Position numbers and translations under genes: made by a program. This document shows, piece after piece, positions 9,733 through 22,148 of a DNA stretch of 32,825 nt (position 1 is the first letter of the stretch; each line of letters opens with the position of its first letter). Origin of the DNA: Guillardia theta CCMP2712 (Eukaryota > Protista > Cryptophyta); the NCBI RefSeq assembly GCF_000315625.1, contig NW_005434627.1:137446-170270 (forward strand). Reading direction: 5' to 3'. The notes beneath the pieces were generated by a model, which made no database searches, had not been told where the DNA came from, and saw nothing but the letters and a program-made list of their open reading frames with translations.

Positions 9733-12106
9733 TTACTTGCGCGCCCACTCGCACACTCCATGCCCGTAGATGCCGTCTGCTTACAGTGAGCTTCAAGACC
9801 TTCAAGCTTAGAACCTCACCAGTTCCGCGGATGTAGGGAAGCGGCTCCTTGGCGAAGACCTCAGTGTAGAGCTCCTTGAGCTCGGGCTCAGGCGAAGTCT
9901 GAAACGAAGCCGGTCACTTGCACCACCTCTGCATCCTCCTTCCTCTCCTCAGATACCTTTGCAAACTCGACGGCCTCATCCACTTCAGCGCGAACCTGCA
10001 AAAGATGAGGAGACGGGAGGGAAAGGGGGTGGCAGGCCACCTTCTTCTCAAGGTCCTTGATCTCAGCATCGGTCATGAAGCCTGAACAAGTCAGTGAGCA
10101 CATTCCAGCTCCGGCTGCCCGAGACTAACCGAGCTCGGTGACGATGCGCTTGAGCCTGTCGATCGGATCTCTCTCCTTGCGGATGCCGCTGACCTCCTCA
10201 CGAGATCGGTAGGTAAGGCCAGGGTCAGACATGGAGTGTCCGTGGTAGCGGTAGGTGTTCATCTCCAGCACGAAGGGACCTGGGTCACGCCATCAGCCTT
10301 CACCTCACACGGCTGTGGACCACCTTTGCCCGACAAGCAGTAGTCACGGGCAAATTTGCAGCACTGCTTGACGCTGAAGACATCCATACCATCCACCTGT
10401 TGAGGTAGAATCGGCGATGCGCGAGATGAGGGAGGAGAAGGACCTTGATGCCTGGAAGAGGATCGTAGCGCCTGTAGAACTCCTCGTTCGAAGAAGCCTG
10501 ATCACCAGTTAGCTTCAACGACATCCCTTCTCCTTAGCAGTACCTTGGAAGTAGATGTTCCCATTCCGTACTTGTTGTTTTCAATCACGAAGATGCAAGG
10601 GAGCTGAGGGACGAGCCCTATCACTTATCTTCACACTGCATTCCTCAACTTCATACCTTCCAGAGGTATGCCATGTTCATCGCCTCAAACACCTTGGAAA
10701 CGATGACGTCACCAATCTTCTCTGCAACCGTGGCGTTCAAGTTTTACCTGACCCTGATTGGCCGCACCATCGCCATATAGCGTGAAACTGACGGCCTTGG
10801 ATGAAACCTCACCCCTGATCGTCTCTTTCAACCGTTACCAATTATTTCTTTCCTTGGCTTACCTTGCCATGCCCTTGTTGGCATGGTACTTGGCAGCAAG
10901 TGCCAAGCCTGCCCCTGGAACGCCAATACCGTCAAGGACAGGTTTCTCCTCATCCCTCCTCCTTCTCAGCATGAACAACACCGCAGGCCCCTTGATTGTC
11001 ATTTGCACAGAGCAACACAACAAAACACGGCCCTCTTGATCGACATCTGCACAGAACAACAACAAGGCCTCCAACTCGACCCCCGGATTATCCATGTACC
11101 GAGTGGAACTTGAGCTCCTACAATGCCGTTTCCTCCCCTACATCACTTTGAGAACTGAGAACATACTCAACTCTGCTGGTTACCAGAAGTTGTTCTTGGG
11201 GTAGTACATGTGCATGGAGCCGCCCTGGAAGCGAGCAAGGCGTCAGCTCACAATGCGGCTAAAAGCACAGGTTCAGCAAGTTACCTTTCCCTTGGTTGAA
11301 CCAGTAGATCTACCCGTGAGCTCAGCAAGGATGCGCTGATGGGTATGTCAGTCACTCCACGATTGCGCCTCACAGTGGCACCTTGACAGAATCACCACGG
11401 ATGTACTGGAAGCAGTGATCACGGTAGGAAGTGACGATATGGTCCTGAGGCGAGGTTTGAGCAGGAAAGATTTTCAACCAGACGTTGAGTACATCTTTCG
11501 TTGAGCCCAAGTTCATACCGAGCGCTACTGCCTCCTACACAGAGCAAGTCAGCAGGCATCTCATGGAGAGCAAGCGAACCTGTCCGTCGTAAAGATGGCA
11601 GAACCCCTTGATAATCTGAGACTTGTACATAAGATCCGCAGAGATCTCGAGCCTGCGAGCCGCATGAGCCGCATGATGCTGCTGGCGGAAGGGGGCACCT
11701 TCTCATCGTCGTGATGTCCCGCAGGGCTTGCACGGCCTGCAATACGTTTCATCGACCGAAGATGTTACATGCGAATCCATCACCTCCTCCTTGGTTGTGT
11801 CGACCCACAGTGAAGGCCCGTCGGTCTTGTAGCACTGAACAGGAGAAATCTCGACCTGAGGAAGTTCACAGTATGTCATGATCAAACGAAAAAGTTGTTT
11901 GAAAGCACACAACTACAACAAGTTTCAAGCATGCATGCATGTCAACCCCAAATACTGAAGGGAAATGTGAAAGTAATTGGTCTTACCTGTCCCTTGTCAC
12001 CATTCACCTTGACAGCCATGCTTCTTGCCAATTGCAAGGAGATCGCATTCTTTGATCCAACAAGATTCTTCTTTAACGCGCTGGCGAGACCTCGATTAGC
12101 CAGCAT
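9733..12106 (-). CDS. PDHA1: Pyruvate dehydrogenase E1 alpha subunit, mitochondrial
   Basis: Spliced translation gives [46 protein letters not shown] motif [10 protein letters not shown]...[10 protein letters not shown] and [22 protein letters not shown]. The basic N-terminus ([15 protein letters not shown]...LARSMA) looks like a mitochondrial presequence. About 20 exons. Confidence 0.96.
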
Positions 12107-12599
12107 CTATCGCACCACGATCAGTCTTGCACCAGCGACGAGATTTGTTTGCCCTGCATTCTAGCTTCATGCAGATGGGATATGCGTTTTTGATGTCACA
12201 AAACACAATCAAAGATGTTTTACGTGTATACTAGTAAAGATGATTTTGCATAGCACACCGGCATGTTTCATTTGTTACAGAGGGCTACAATGAACAAATG
12301 GAGCTTGACTTGGAACAACGGGAGGTGATAGTGAAGTGGGCAAAATACGTGAAGATGAGGCGACAATAACATGCATACGTATGGCAATCATTATAAACGT
12401 ATGCTAGCCTGAATCTTCCATCATACAAACATGATCAGGTTATAGACTTCGCAATCTCCATCATCATTTTTGACTTCCCCGTTGTTCTAGCATCTTGTAA
12501 TCATCGGAACCTTAGAAGTCCACGATCTAGCATCTTCTTGCTGTCGATTCCTTATCTTGATTCATGTTCTCGCTGATATCTTTCTGCACATCCTTGCCT

Positions 12600-13320
12600 C
12601 TACCCTTACCGCCTCCCAGTATTCCCTCCCTCCTTCCATTCTCTGCTCCGCCGCCAATGTCCCCCATGACCACCCTAGGGTCATGGTGATCACCCCTGGT
12701 ATGGGACCCTACCCCAATGTTTTCCTTCACCCCACCCATCCAACTATATATCAATCTTTTACCACCCCAGATTCCCTATAACCCCACCATGTTGAGACAT
12801 CACAGCAATAGGGAAAATTGACCCCTCCACCCAGCCAAATCATGTACCCACCCTCCCATTTGTACACAGCGTCTCTTATTTCCCAACGAGACTGAACACT
12901 ACCCCTCCTTTGTTACAGCATACTCCTGTAGCACTACCCCCAACACACCATCTGGCCAAACACCCCTTGCAATCCTGACTTGTCTTACCCCACCCCAGGA
13001 TTTGATCATCGCCCCCGCAAAAATATGTATACCCTCAAATACCCTTTAAGTACCCCTACTTTTTACTTGAAAAAGGTCCCATTTGTTCTCATAGATCTTT
13101 CCATGACCCGTATATCTTATACCCCCACCCCCAGATACACCACCCCTACCCCCATACATCAACTCATTCCCGATGACTTGCTGCCTTGCGTCCCGCAGAA
13201 TCCCACCAGATGACCCCCCGAGCTCCCACCCGAGATTTATACCACCCACCCTGTTTATCAAAGATGAAAACTATAGGAAAAACACCCTCCACACCATCTC
13301 ATTTATGACCCCACCCCTAG
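12600..13320 (-). promoter_or_regulatory. ACCCC (GGGGT on minus strand) motif island in the PDHA/MA3 divergent spacer
   Basis: Recurring ACCCC/TACCCC/CACCC motifs over about 700 bp, almost all in one orientation. No credible ORF. Confidence 0.45.
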
Positions 13321-14769
13321 TTTTCAATTTCAGCTTCCAGCGCCTCTTGCTGCAACGGTTTCTCAGTGTTGTAACGATTAATGTAACGAGCCAACCGTCC
13401 AACGTCTTTGTAACGTTAAATGTCATAGCGGGGATGAGGAGTTCCGGAGGCCGATAGATAAAAGTGAAGTAGCTCTATTGTTCATTGGTACAAAATAAAA
13501 TATCTTTTATGTTTTACAATAGAGAAAAATACACCCACAGATACCACTTTTTGTATCGTAGAAGCTGGGTTCTGGAGACAAATGGATAACAATAGTTTTT
13601 AACTTTGATAAAATAATTATCCTGGTAGTGTATACCATTGTATAAAATTGAGAGCATTAAATACATTTCGCAGCAGAGCAAACGTATTTTAAATAAAATA
13701 ATATAGATACCGGTACAATAAGATCATTAAAACAATTTTACTTCCCCAGAGCGGCATGCGCCCCCCCTCCGCTGCCCTCGTCCGTCCATCCCCTCCCCTC
13801 CTCCCGCCGCTCGCGCCGCTGCTCCTGCTCCTGCTCCTGCTAACGAGCATCGTCGCAACATCTCCTTCCCGACTGCTCCTGCCCTGTCCTCATGCCTCGT
13901 AGCTAGCTGCAGGTCCTTGCCCACATAGGCCGACCGGTTCTAATTTCCTCTCCTCCTCTATCCGCTCCTTTTCCTTCAGAATCAAATTTTTGTTCACAGA
14001 CTCTGTCTTCTACTCAATCACATCTCAAGAGTCTAGTGAATTTAGCCTGATTCCCCTAAGGACTTGATAGTTTTGATGCCATTGACCCTTGGAATGTTTC
14101 CTGTTCCGCCCCTGTACTTCTTTTCCTTTGGATTTCAACATTCATCCTCGATCTCAGCTTCTCTTCTTTTCCTGTACGATTCTGTTGTTTCTCATCGCTC
14201 CAATGCGATGGTTTCCGCTCCCTTCTCTACTACATTTGTTTCCATTCTTTGCATTCCCTGCTGAACATTGCTGTCGTTTCGCTGCATGTTGTGCTCGCAG
14301 ATCCTCTGGTATAATCTTTGCATCTAGCTGTCTATGAACGTATCGAAAGGCATGGTCCCCTTCCCTCATCTATCATCATCTTCCCATTGAATAACCTTTC
14401 TTCATGCTGCAAACCTGGGTGTCGTTTCCCTGCATGCGGTGGGTTTGCTGACGTTTGTTGTGGGCAGGGTTGGACTGGCAATTCGTTCACATAAGAGGCA
14501 GAGGAGCTCCGTTTGCAGCCTTCTCTCTTCCAGTTTCTCCTTCTCTCCTTTGTTCTCTTTCTTTCTTGTATTTTCTTTCTTATATTTTCTCGTTTCCCTC
14601 TCCCTCAAGTGATTGATCTGGCGTTCTATTGCCCTCCTCTTTCATTCTTGCCGCCTCCTTCATTGGGCCGACTTTGCCCGTGAAACTTCAAGGAGGCGGC
14701 TTTAGCACATCGACATAAGCGTGCGCCAATAGCCTCGTCCTTCGCTTGAAGACTTCAACCGTGCCAGCC

Positions 14770-17700
14770 ATGTCAGCGACAGACGATGAGAAGCTGCTTG
14801 CAAGGGTGAAGGCAGCAGCAGCAATGATCTTGGATGAGTACCTCACTTGTGAGAGTGGACACGACTCGGCTCTGTACATCGAGGAGCTGAAGGCGCCTCG
14901 GCTGAACCCTCATCTTATCAAGAAGATGCTCACTGTCGCCATGGACAAGAGCGAGAAAGATCAAGACATGGCCGCCGGCCTGATCTCGGTCCTTTGCGTA
15001 CGAGGAACTCTCGAACCTGAAGACGTTGAAGCTGGAGTCGAACTGCTTCTGAGTAGCCTCAAAGATCTTGTGATCGATGTGCCCAAGGCGACCACGTACA
15101 CAGCACGATTCATGGCTCACTTCCTCGAAGACAAGATTCTCCCGGAGTCGATGTTGGCCTCAGTCAAGGACCTTGCTGGGGCAGATGTGGGACCGGAAGT
15201 GATCAAATCCATCGGAGAGATGCTGTCGCTGCCGCTCCCCGTCACTCAGATCAAGTCCAAGGTCAAGGAGATCATCGAAGAGTTCTACGTCGCGGGAGAT
15301 CTCGTGGAGGCCGAGAGATCCCTGGCTGAGCTCAACTCCAAGAGGTCGGGGCACGAGGCGGTGAAGCGGACGATCGTGCTGGCGATGGAGAAGAAGAACA
15401 GAGAGCGGGAGCGCGCTTCTGTACTTCTCAGCGCGATGACGCGCGTGTACGGAAGTGAGCAGTTCTTCGAGGGTTTCACGAGGGTGATGAGGAGTCTAGA
15501 CGACCTGTCGCTGGACACGCCCAACGCCCCGGCGCTGCTCGCCAACTTCATCGCGCGGGCGATCGTGGACGATGTTCTTCCTCCCAACTTCATCTCGTTC
15601 GTGCCAGACAGGCTGGTGGCGAGCGAGCGGGGGAAGGAAGTAGCGGGGAGCGTGAAGGCGCTGCTTGAGCAGCACAGCAGCACGAGGATAATGAACGTGT
15701 GGGGAGCAGGGGCGAAGAACTCGGTGGAGGAGCTGAAGGAGAGCGTGAACGCGCTGGTGGAGGAGTACTTCGTAGAGGGGGAGCTGAAGGAGGCTGTGCG
15801 GTGCGTGCAGGAGCTGGACGCTCCTCACTTCGGGCATGAGGTAGTGAAGCGTTTGGTGTATCGAGCGGTAGAGAAGGGAGGGGAGGCGCTGAGGCAGGCT
15901 CTTACTCTCTTGAAAGCGCTGCTGGCATGCGACGCCTTCGATCATCACCAGCTCACCATCGGAATGCAGCGCTCAGTGATGGGCCTGCCGGACCTCTGCC
16001 TGGATGTCCCGGATGCGCCCGAGAGACTGAGGACGCTGGCTGATTGGCTCGCGTTTGAGAACCTTGTGTCGCCCTCGTTCGAGCAGGCCGTGATCCTCAA
16101 GGCTCAGGAGCGTCAGGAGGACGGGAAGAAAGGAAGCACCGACAAGGTCCAGACTTACGCCAAGTTCATCGTCGAGGAATTTCTCGTCTGCCAAAGTGGA
16201 CGTGACGCTGCCAAGTCCGTCACAGATCTTGCGGACGCTTCGAAGCATCCTGAGCTCGTTCGGAGGATCCTTATCGTTGCCCTGGACAAGAGCGAGACTG
16301 AGCGGACAATGATCGCTGACCTCATCTCATCCGTTTGTGTGAGATGTGCGATGGAGCCCAGCGAGGTTGAAGCTGGGCTGGAGTCACTGATCAAGCAGAT
16401 GAGCGACTTGGTCATCGACGTGCCCAAGATCGTCGAGTATGTCGGAAGATTCATCGCTCACTTCCTCGAAGACAGAACCATTCCCGAATCCCTGCTCGCC
16501 TCCATCCCCAACCTCGCTGGCCCCAAGTTGGGGCCTGAGCTGTCAAAGGCAGTGGGAGAGATGCTGTCGCTGCCGCTCCCCGTCACTCAGATCAAGTCCA
16601 AGGTCAAGGAGATCATCGAAGAGTTCTACGTCTCGGGAGATCTCGTGGAGGCCGAGAGATCCCTGGCTGAGCTCAACTCCAAGAGGTCGGGGCACGAGGC
16701 GGTGAAGCGGACGATCGTGCTGGCGATGGAGAAGAAGAACAGAGAGCGGGAGCGCGCTTCTGTACTTCTCAGCGCGATGACGCGCGTGTACGGAAGTGAG
16801 CAGTTCTTCGAGGGTTTCATAGCTGTCTTAAGGAGTCTAGACGACCTGTCGCTGGACACGCCCAACGCCCCGGCGCTGCTCGCCAACTTCATCGCGCGGG
16901 CGATCGTGGACGATGTTCTTCCTCCCAACTTCATCTCGTTCGTGCCAGACAGGCTGGTGGCGAGCGAGCGGGGGAAGGAAGTAGCGGGGAGCGTGAAGGC
17001 GCTGCTTGAGCAGCACAGCAGCACGAGGATAATGAACGTGTGGGGAGCAGGGGCGAAGAACTCGGTGGAGGAGCTGAAGGAGAGCGTGAACGCGCTGGTG
17101 GAGGAGTACTTCGTAGAGGGGGAGCTGAAGGAGGCTGTGCGGTGCGTGCAGGAGCTGGACGCTCCTCACTTCGGGCATGAGATCGTCAAGAAGATCGTCT
17201 ATAAGGGTGCGGAGGGAGGCTCTTCCAAGATGCCACGAGCCATCGACCTGCTCAAGGTCCATGACCTGCCCAGCTGCTCCTCCTGTTGTTCGCTCCTCCT
17301 CCTGCCCCCTCTCCCCTCTCGCTCTCTGCTGCTGCTGCCTGCTCTCCGTCTCTCCTCCTGCTTGTTTTCTAGTCTTCCCTTTGACGATCTGGCAGGCGCT
17401 GGTTCGGGACGGGGCCGTCAGCTCCTCGCAGCTGGCCAAGGGGATGGTGAGGAGTGTGGTCGGACTGAAGGATCTCAGCCTGGATGTCCCTGACGCCTCT
17501 AGGTGCCTCCTCCTTCACCCCTTCCTCCTCCTCCTTTCCCCCTTCCTCCTTCTCCTTCCCCCCCCTTTCCCCCTTCCTCCTCCTCCTCCTCCTCTCACCT
17601 TCCTTTGTGGTTACTCTTACGTCTCCCTTTCCGCTTCTCCTCATTTCTTCTCTGTCCTCATACTCTCTTCCAACCATCTTCCTCCTCTTCTCTTGTCCTC

Positions 17701-17826
17701 GTCTCTACCCTCGCTGAAGGATGCCGCAGCAACGTGGATGCCTTCGTTGCCGAGCTTGTCAAGGACGGGATGCTTGCGGAGACTTTCAAGGCGCATGTCG
17801 CTGCTATGAAGGGAGCGCTGCAGTGA
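14770..17826 (+). CDS. MA3-domain translation regulator (PDCD4/MRF-like) with six MA3 domains
   Basis: Six repeats of the MA3 pattern (IIEEFYVAGDLVEAERSLAEL...LAMEK...LDDLSLDTPNA). Exons 14770-17256, 17396-17502, 17730-17826. Confidence 0.9.
15214..17181 (+). repeat. Near-identical internal direct repeat (15214-15840 vs 16555-17181)
   Basis: About 627 bp at 1341-bp offset; by eye it differs only by one SNP and one ~12-nt patch. Confidence 0.92.
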
Positions 17827-18107
17827 GGCTGAAGGAGTTGGGGCTCGCAGGGAGGGAGGGAGGGAGGGAGAGAGATGCTGCTTCTTCTAGTCGCCTCCTC
17901 TAGCTTGACGGCATCGAGTAGCGGCTAGTTGCTCTACTGTGTAACCTAAGCGTAACCGTGAAGGCTGCAAGTTAAAATCTTCTATACTAGACTACACCTC
18001 CCCCTCACACCCTCCTCCCTTCCCCCTCTCCTGCTCCTGCTCCTCCTGCTCCTGCTCCTGCTCCTCCCTCTTCCCCTCTCTCTTTCCTCTTGACCGCCCT
18101 TGACGGA

Positions 18108-20289
18108 TCATGCGTACCGCTTCGCCTCGAAGAAGTGAGGAGCGGCCATTATTCTGCGATGACGTCAGCAGCTCTCGAGCTCCTCCGCCTCCCTCACATG
18201 ACGGGCACGACGATGAGGATGACGGCGGCCAGCTGGACGAGGAACACCAGCGCGCACATCTGCTGCCGGTCAGAAGGGTAACGAGCTTCTCCTCTCCGCC
18301 GCACCTTCGCCTGCTGCCGCCTCTGCGTCGCCTTCTCCTCTACCTGCACGTCCTCGAGCTCGTTGAAGTTGACTTCCGGGTGAGACGTTGGGGCTCGGCG
18401 GAAGAGGAGGAGGAGACTCTGCAAAGAAGCGAAGCACTCCCAGCAGCAGTTCATCCTGCCCGTGAAGCAGAGGAAGAGCTGGAGGAGGAGGAGGAGGCCC
18501 TCTAGGATGATGCCAGCCAACAGAGTCCCCACGAGCTCAGGCGGGGCCAAGGGGATGGAACACTGGGAGGCGGAGAGAGAAGTTCTCGTCCCCTTCTTCA
18601 TCAGCCCGTGCTCGCTGTCTGCGCACACCTTCATCTCGATCTCTGCCGCCTCCTTGTCGTCTCGGTAGCCTCGCAGTCTCACGCATAGCGAGGATGCGTC
18701 GCCCCCGTCCACGTCCATGACGCCGAACTGATGGTTGACGAAGTAGCGGTAGGCGAAGCAGCCGTGCGAGTAGGGGCCGGACTTGGACGAGCCCAACTGC
18801 GAGAGAGGAGCCGCCTGGAAGATCGGAAAGCCTGCGCGCAAGGAGGCGTTTCCTCGCGCTGCTCCCGACAGCGTCGAGAAGTCCGTGTTGCTCCCGTCGT
18901 CCGCCGCAAGCATGTGCGCGTCCCCCGCCACCATCACCAGGTTCCTCACCCCCAACTCCGCGATGGCGTCGGAGATCAGCTGCCGCTCCTCCGCGTACCC
19001 ACTCCAGTCGTCCTGCCCCTGCACCCCCAGCCAAGGCTTCGAGCTCACCAGCAGCAGCAGGCGGTAGTCGCGCCAGCTGGCGAGCTGCTGGAGGAGCCAC
19101 TGGCGCTGCTGGAGGCCGAGGGTGGAGCCGTGAGCGGGTGTGCTCTGAGACCTCAAGTCCATCACCAGCACCCGCACCCCGTTGAGAGAGTACGCCTGGA
19201 ATATCCCAGCTGCCCCTCCATCTGCCTCCTCCGCCAGCTTCGCCGGCACGAACTTGCGGTAGGCCGCGAGCGCTGCTGGTTTTGATTTGCTGCAGCTCTT
19301 GTCATGCTGAAGGCAAAGAGGAGGACGCGAGGAGATAGAACAGGAAGAGAGGCGGGGGCGGGAGCAGGGAAGGAGAGAGGAGAGACGGGGAGAGGCGAGG
19401 GGGTAGAGGAGATGGCAGGGCATGACACCTGGTACCGATGGCGTTGTTCCCTCCGAAGTCATGGTCATCCCAGATGTAGATGACTGAGAAGACATGAGAA
19501 CCAAGACTGAGAAAGGAGAAGAGGACAAGAAAGGCGAAGAGAGCAGAAGAGAGCAGGGCAGGGCAGGGGGAGGGAAGAGGGAAGATGTTCTCTTGCTCAC
19601 TTGGCATCTTGCTGAACAACTCGCGCTGGGTAGGAGAAGAGTGAACCTTGTGGTAGGCGTCTTCGAAGCGAGCGAGCGAGTCCTCTGCGATGTTCTGGTA
19701 GTGCAGGTCGCCCGCTTGGATGAACACAAGCGGAGGAGGGTTAAGCTGCGCAATCCGAGAGAAGATCTTGCTTCGAGACCCAGTCCACGCGCAGGAGGCA
19801 AAGGCGATGCGGAGGGGCTTGTGCTCGAGGCTGCTGGTGCGAAACGAGGCCACGTCGGAGGCGTCGAAGCCGTAGAAGTAGAGCGAGTCGCTCGTAAGGT
19901 TGCTGACCTCGACCACGAACTTGTCGCTGGTGACTTGAAAGGACGCGAGAGGAGGAGAGAGAGAAGCATGCTGCGAGACCAGAAGCAGACCCGTCGATGA
20001 GGCTGCGGGTTGAAGTCAGTAGAAGACGAGGAGGACGGGAGACAAGGAAGGGAGCAGGAGGCAGAACAGCGAGGAGGGAGGAGGGAGGAGGGAGGAGGGA
20101 GGAGGGAGGAGGGAGGAGGGAGGAGGGAGGAGGGAGGATACGCATTCGAAGAGCTCTGCGTAGTAGTAGGAGCAGCTCACCTGGTTCAGCTGCGATGCGA
20201 ACTGACGTCGGTCCAAGAGAGCCACTCCATCTCACAGCCGATGAAACAAGAGATAGCTGCGAGAAGAGGAGGAGAATGGTATGGGCCAT
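18108..20289 (-). CDS. phoD: PhoD-family alkaline phosphatase with signal peptide and C-terminal transmembrane segments
   Basis: Motifs LRIAFASC, FIQAGDLHY, YIWDDHDFG, VMDLRS, LGLQQRQWL, DDWSGYAEER and AGDAHM. Hydrophobic N-terminus (MAHTILLLFSQLSLVSSA) and two hydrophobic C-terminal stretches. Confidence 0.88.
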
Positions 20290-20627
20290 CCCCCTCGCGA
20301 CTCCGAGAACAAGTCTCTCCTCCTCTGAAAGCTCAAAGTCAACCCCCTTGCAATCCCTCCCTCCTCTTGCCCTCCTCTCTTTCATTCGGCCTTGCTTTAT
20401 ATCTTGAAGCAACCCAACCAGTGTCTTCGAAGTGTACTCCAGCGCCTGCTCCCCTCTTCTCTGATCTGACTTTCTCTGCTCCTTCTATCCTCCCCTCCCC
20501 TCCCCTCCCCTCCCCTCCCCTCTATCCTGCCATGCCCTGCTGTCCTCTTCTCCTCGCTCCCCCCCTCCCTCTCTGCATTTTCGTATTCCCAAGGTCACGT
20601 CCCTCACATCATCCATGATAGTCATTT

Positions 20628-20925
20628 ACTACCCCTACTTTTAAGATCAAAAACAGGGGTATTGATTGGTGGGGGTGGGGTTGAGAAGTTGGGTCCCTTC
20701 ATCCTGCTACCCTGGATACAGTACCCCTCTATCTCCCTTGAAGTACCCCCACCCTGAGGTTATGACCCCTACCTATGAATCAGCATAATGAAAGTACCGG
20801 TGTCGATCACAACCGAAAACGTATGAATACAGAAAAGGGGGTAGGGGGTACTGAAGTACCATCAAAATAAGGCATAGAATTGATATAACAAGGGGGTAGG
20901 TATACCTGTGAGAGGGTGGGTGGTT
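20628..20925. promoter_or_regulatory. GGGGT/ACCCC motif island in the PhoD/small-gene divergent spacer
   Basis: Repeated TACCCC, GGGGTA, GGGGTG and GTAC in both orientations in an AT-richer background. Confidence 0.45.
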
Positions 20926-21002
20926 TTCAAAGATGCCTCAATGAGCAGTAAAAGGGGGGAGGGAAAAAAGAACAAAGAGAAGAGAGGAGAAGAAGAGAAG
21001 AG

Positions 21003-21130
21003 AGGACAGGACAGGACAGGACAGGACAGGACAGGACAGGACAGGACAGGACAGGACAGGACAGGACAGGAGATGACAAGAGAAGAGAGGAGAGGAGAGG
21101 AGAGGAGAGGAGAGGAGAGGAGAGGAGATG
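21003..21130. repeat. Compound pentanucleotide microsatellite (ACAGG)n/(AGAGG)n
   Basis: Direct inspection. Confidence 0.92.
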
Positions 21131-21419
21131 GGAGATGAGATGAGAAGAGAAGAGAAGAGAAGATGCATAGAAAGGGGAAGAAGAGAAGGGAAGTGAAGGA
21201 ATCAAAAACGGGTACAACATTGGGGAAGTCGATGGACGTGAGGCAGGGTGGGACAGGGAGAACGAGAGCAGGCAGGGCAGGGCAGGGCAGGGCAGGGCTA
21301 AGCGAATCACAGAGGAGGGAGGGAAGAGAAAAGAGAGATTACAAGCAAGAAGCTCACTGGAGAGGTTGGTAGCATTGTAGTGAAGCGGGCAGGACAGGTC
21401 TGGATGCTGTCTGACTGAT

Positions 21420-22039
21420 ATGCAGATGTCCTATCATTACGACTCGATGAACGATTCTTCCGCTCTTGAAACTTCGGGATTCGTTTCGAGGATGCAGAGC
21501 GACGTAGCCAAGAGGGAGGAGCAGAAGCGAATCAACGAACTCAAGAAGACCGGTGACCAACCCTCTTCTTCCCCAGTCAAGTTCATGTCCCAACCTCCCT
21601 TCTCACTCTCCCCTCCTCCTCCCTCTACCTCTCCCCCCCCGCTCCTCCTCTCTCCCTCTCTCCTCCCCCTCCTTATCCTTCTCCTCCTCTTTTGCTTTGC
21701 TTGCGCATCCTAATGGCCAGCATCAGACGAAGGCAAGAGAATCCTGAAGCAGCTGGGGTACATGAAGGACCCCAAGAAGATAGTGTCGCTATCCGAGCGA
21801 GAAAAGAGCATGGCCCAAGACCAGACTCAGAAGCAGCTGCGCGACATGGTTGGAGGCGGAACAAACCCAGCGCCCAAGGTGAGGGAGGAGAGGAGTGGGA
21901 GGAGAGGAGAGGAGAGGAGAGGAGTGGAGGAGGTTGCGGATGACAAGAGAGGCAGGTGGTGGTGCACTCATCGACTAAGATCAATGACAAGAAGCAGTGG
22001 GATAGCGCGACATGGGCCAAGTCCACTTACATCTTCTGA
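21420..22039 (+). CDS. Small hypothetical hydrophilic protein (about 120 aa)
   Basis: Three exons (~21420-21552, 21727-21878, 21956-22039) join in frame across GT-AG microsatellite introns: MQMSYHYDSMNDSSALETSGFVSRMQSDVAKREEQKR...KKQWDSATWAKSTYIF*. Confidence 0.6.
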
Positions 22040-22148
22040 TCCCTCGCAGCGCGACAGGCGCTTCATGTATTCTAGGCTTGACATACACGAACTTTGGAGC
22101 TCTACCTCTTCCATCCTCTCTCCCTCCTCTCTTCCTCTCGCCCTCCCC

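Noticed and set aside
13750-14700. Additional gene between PDHA and the MA3 gene
   Set aside because: Only short ORFs with no coherent exon chain; more likely promoter, 5' UTR or intron of the MA3 gene.
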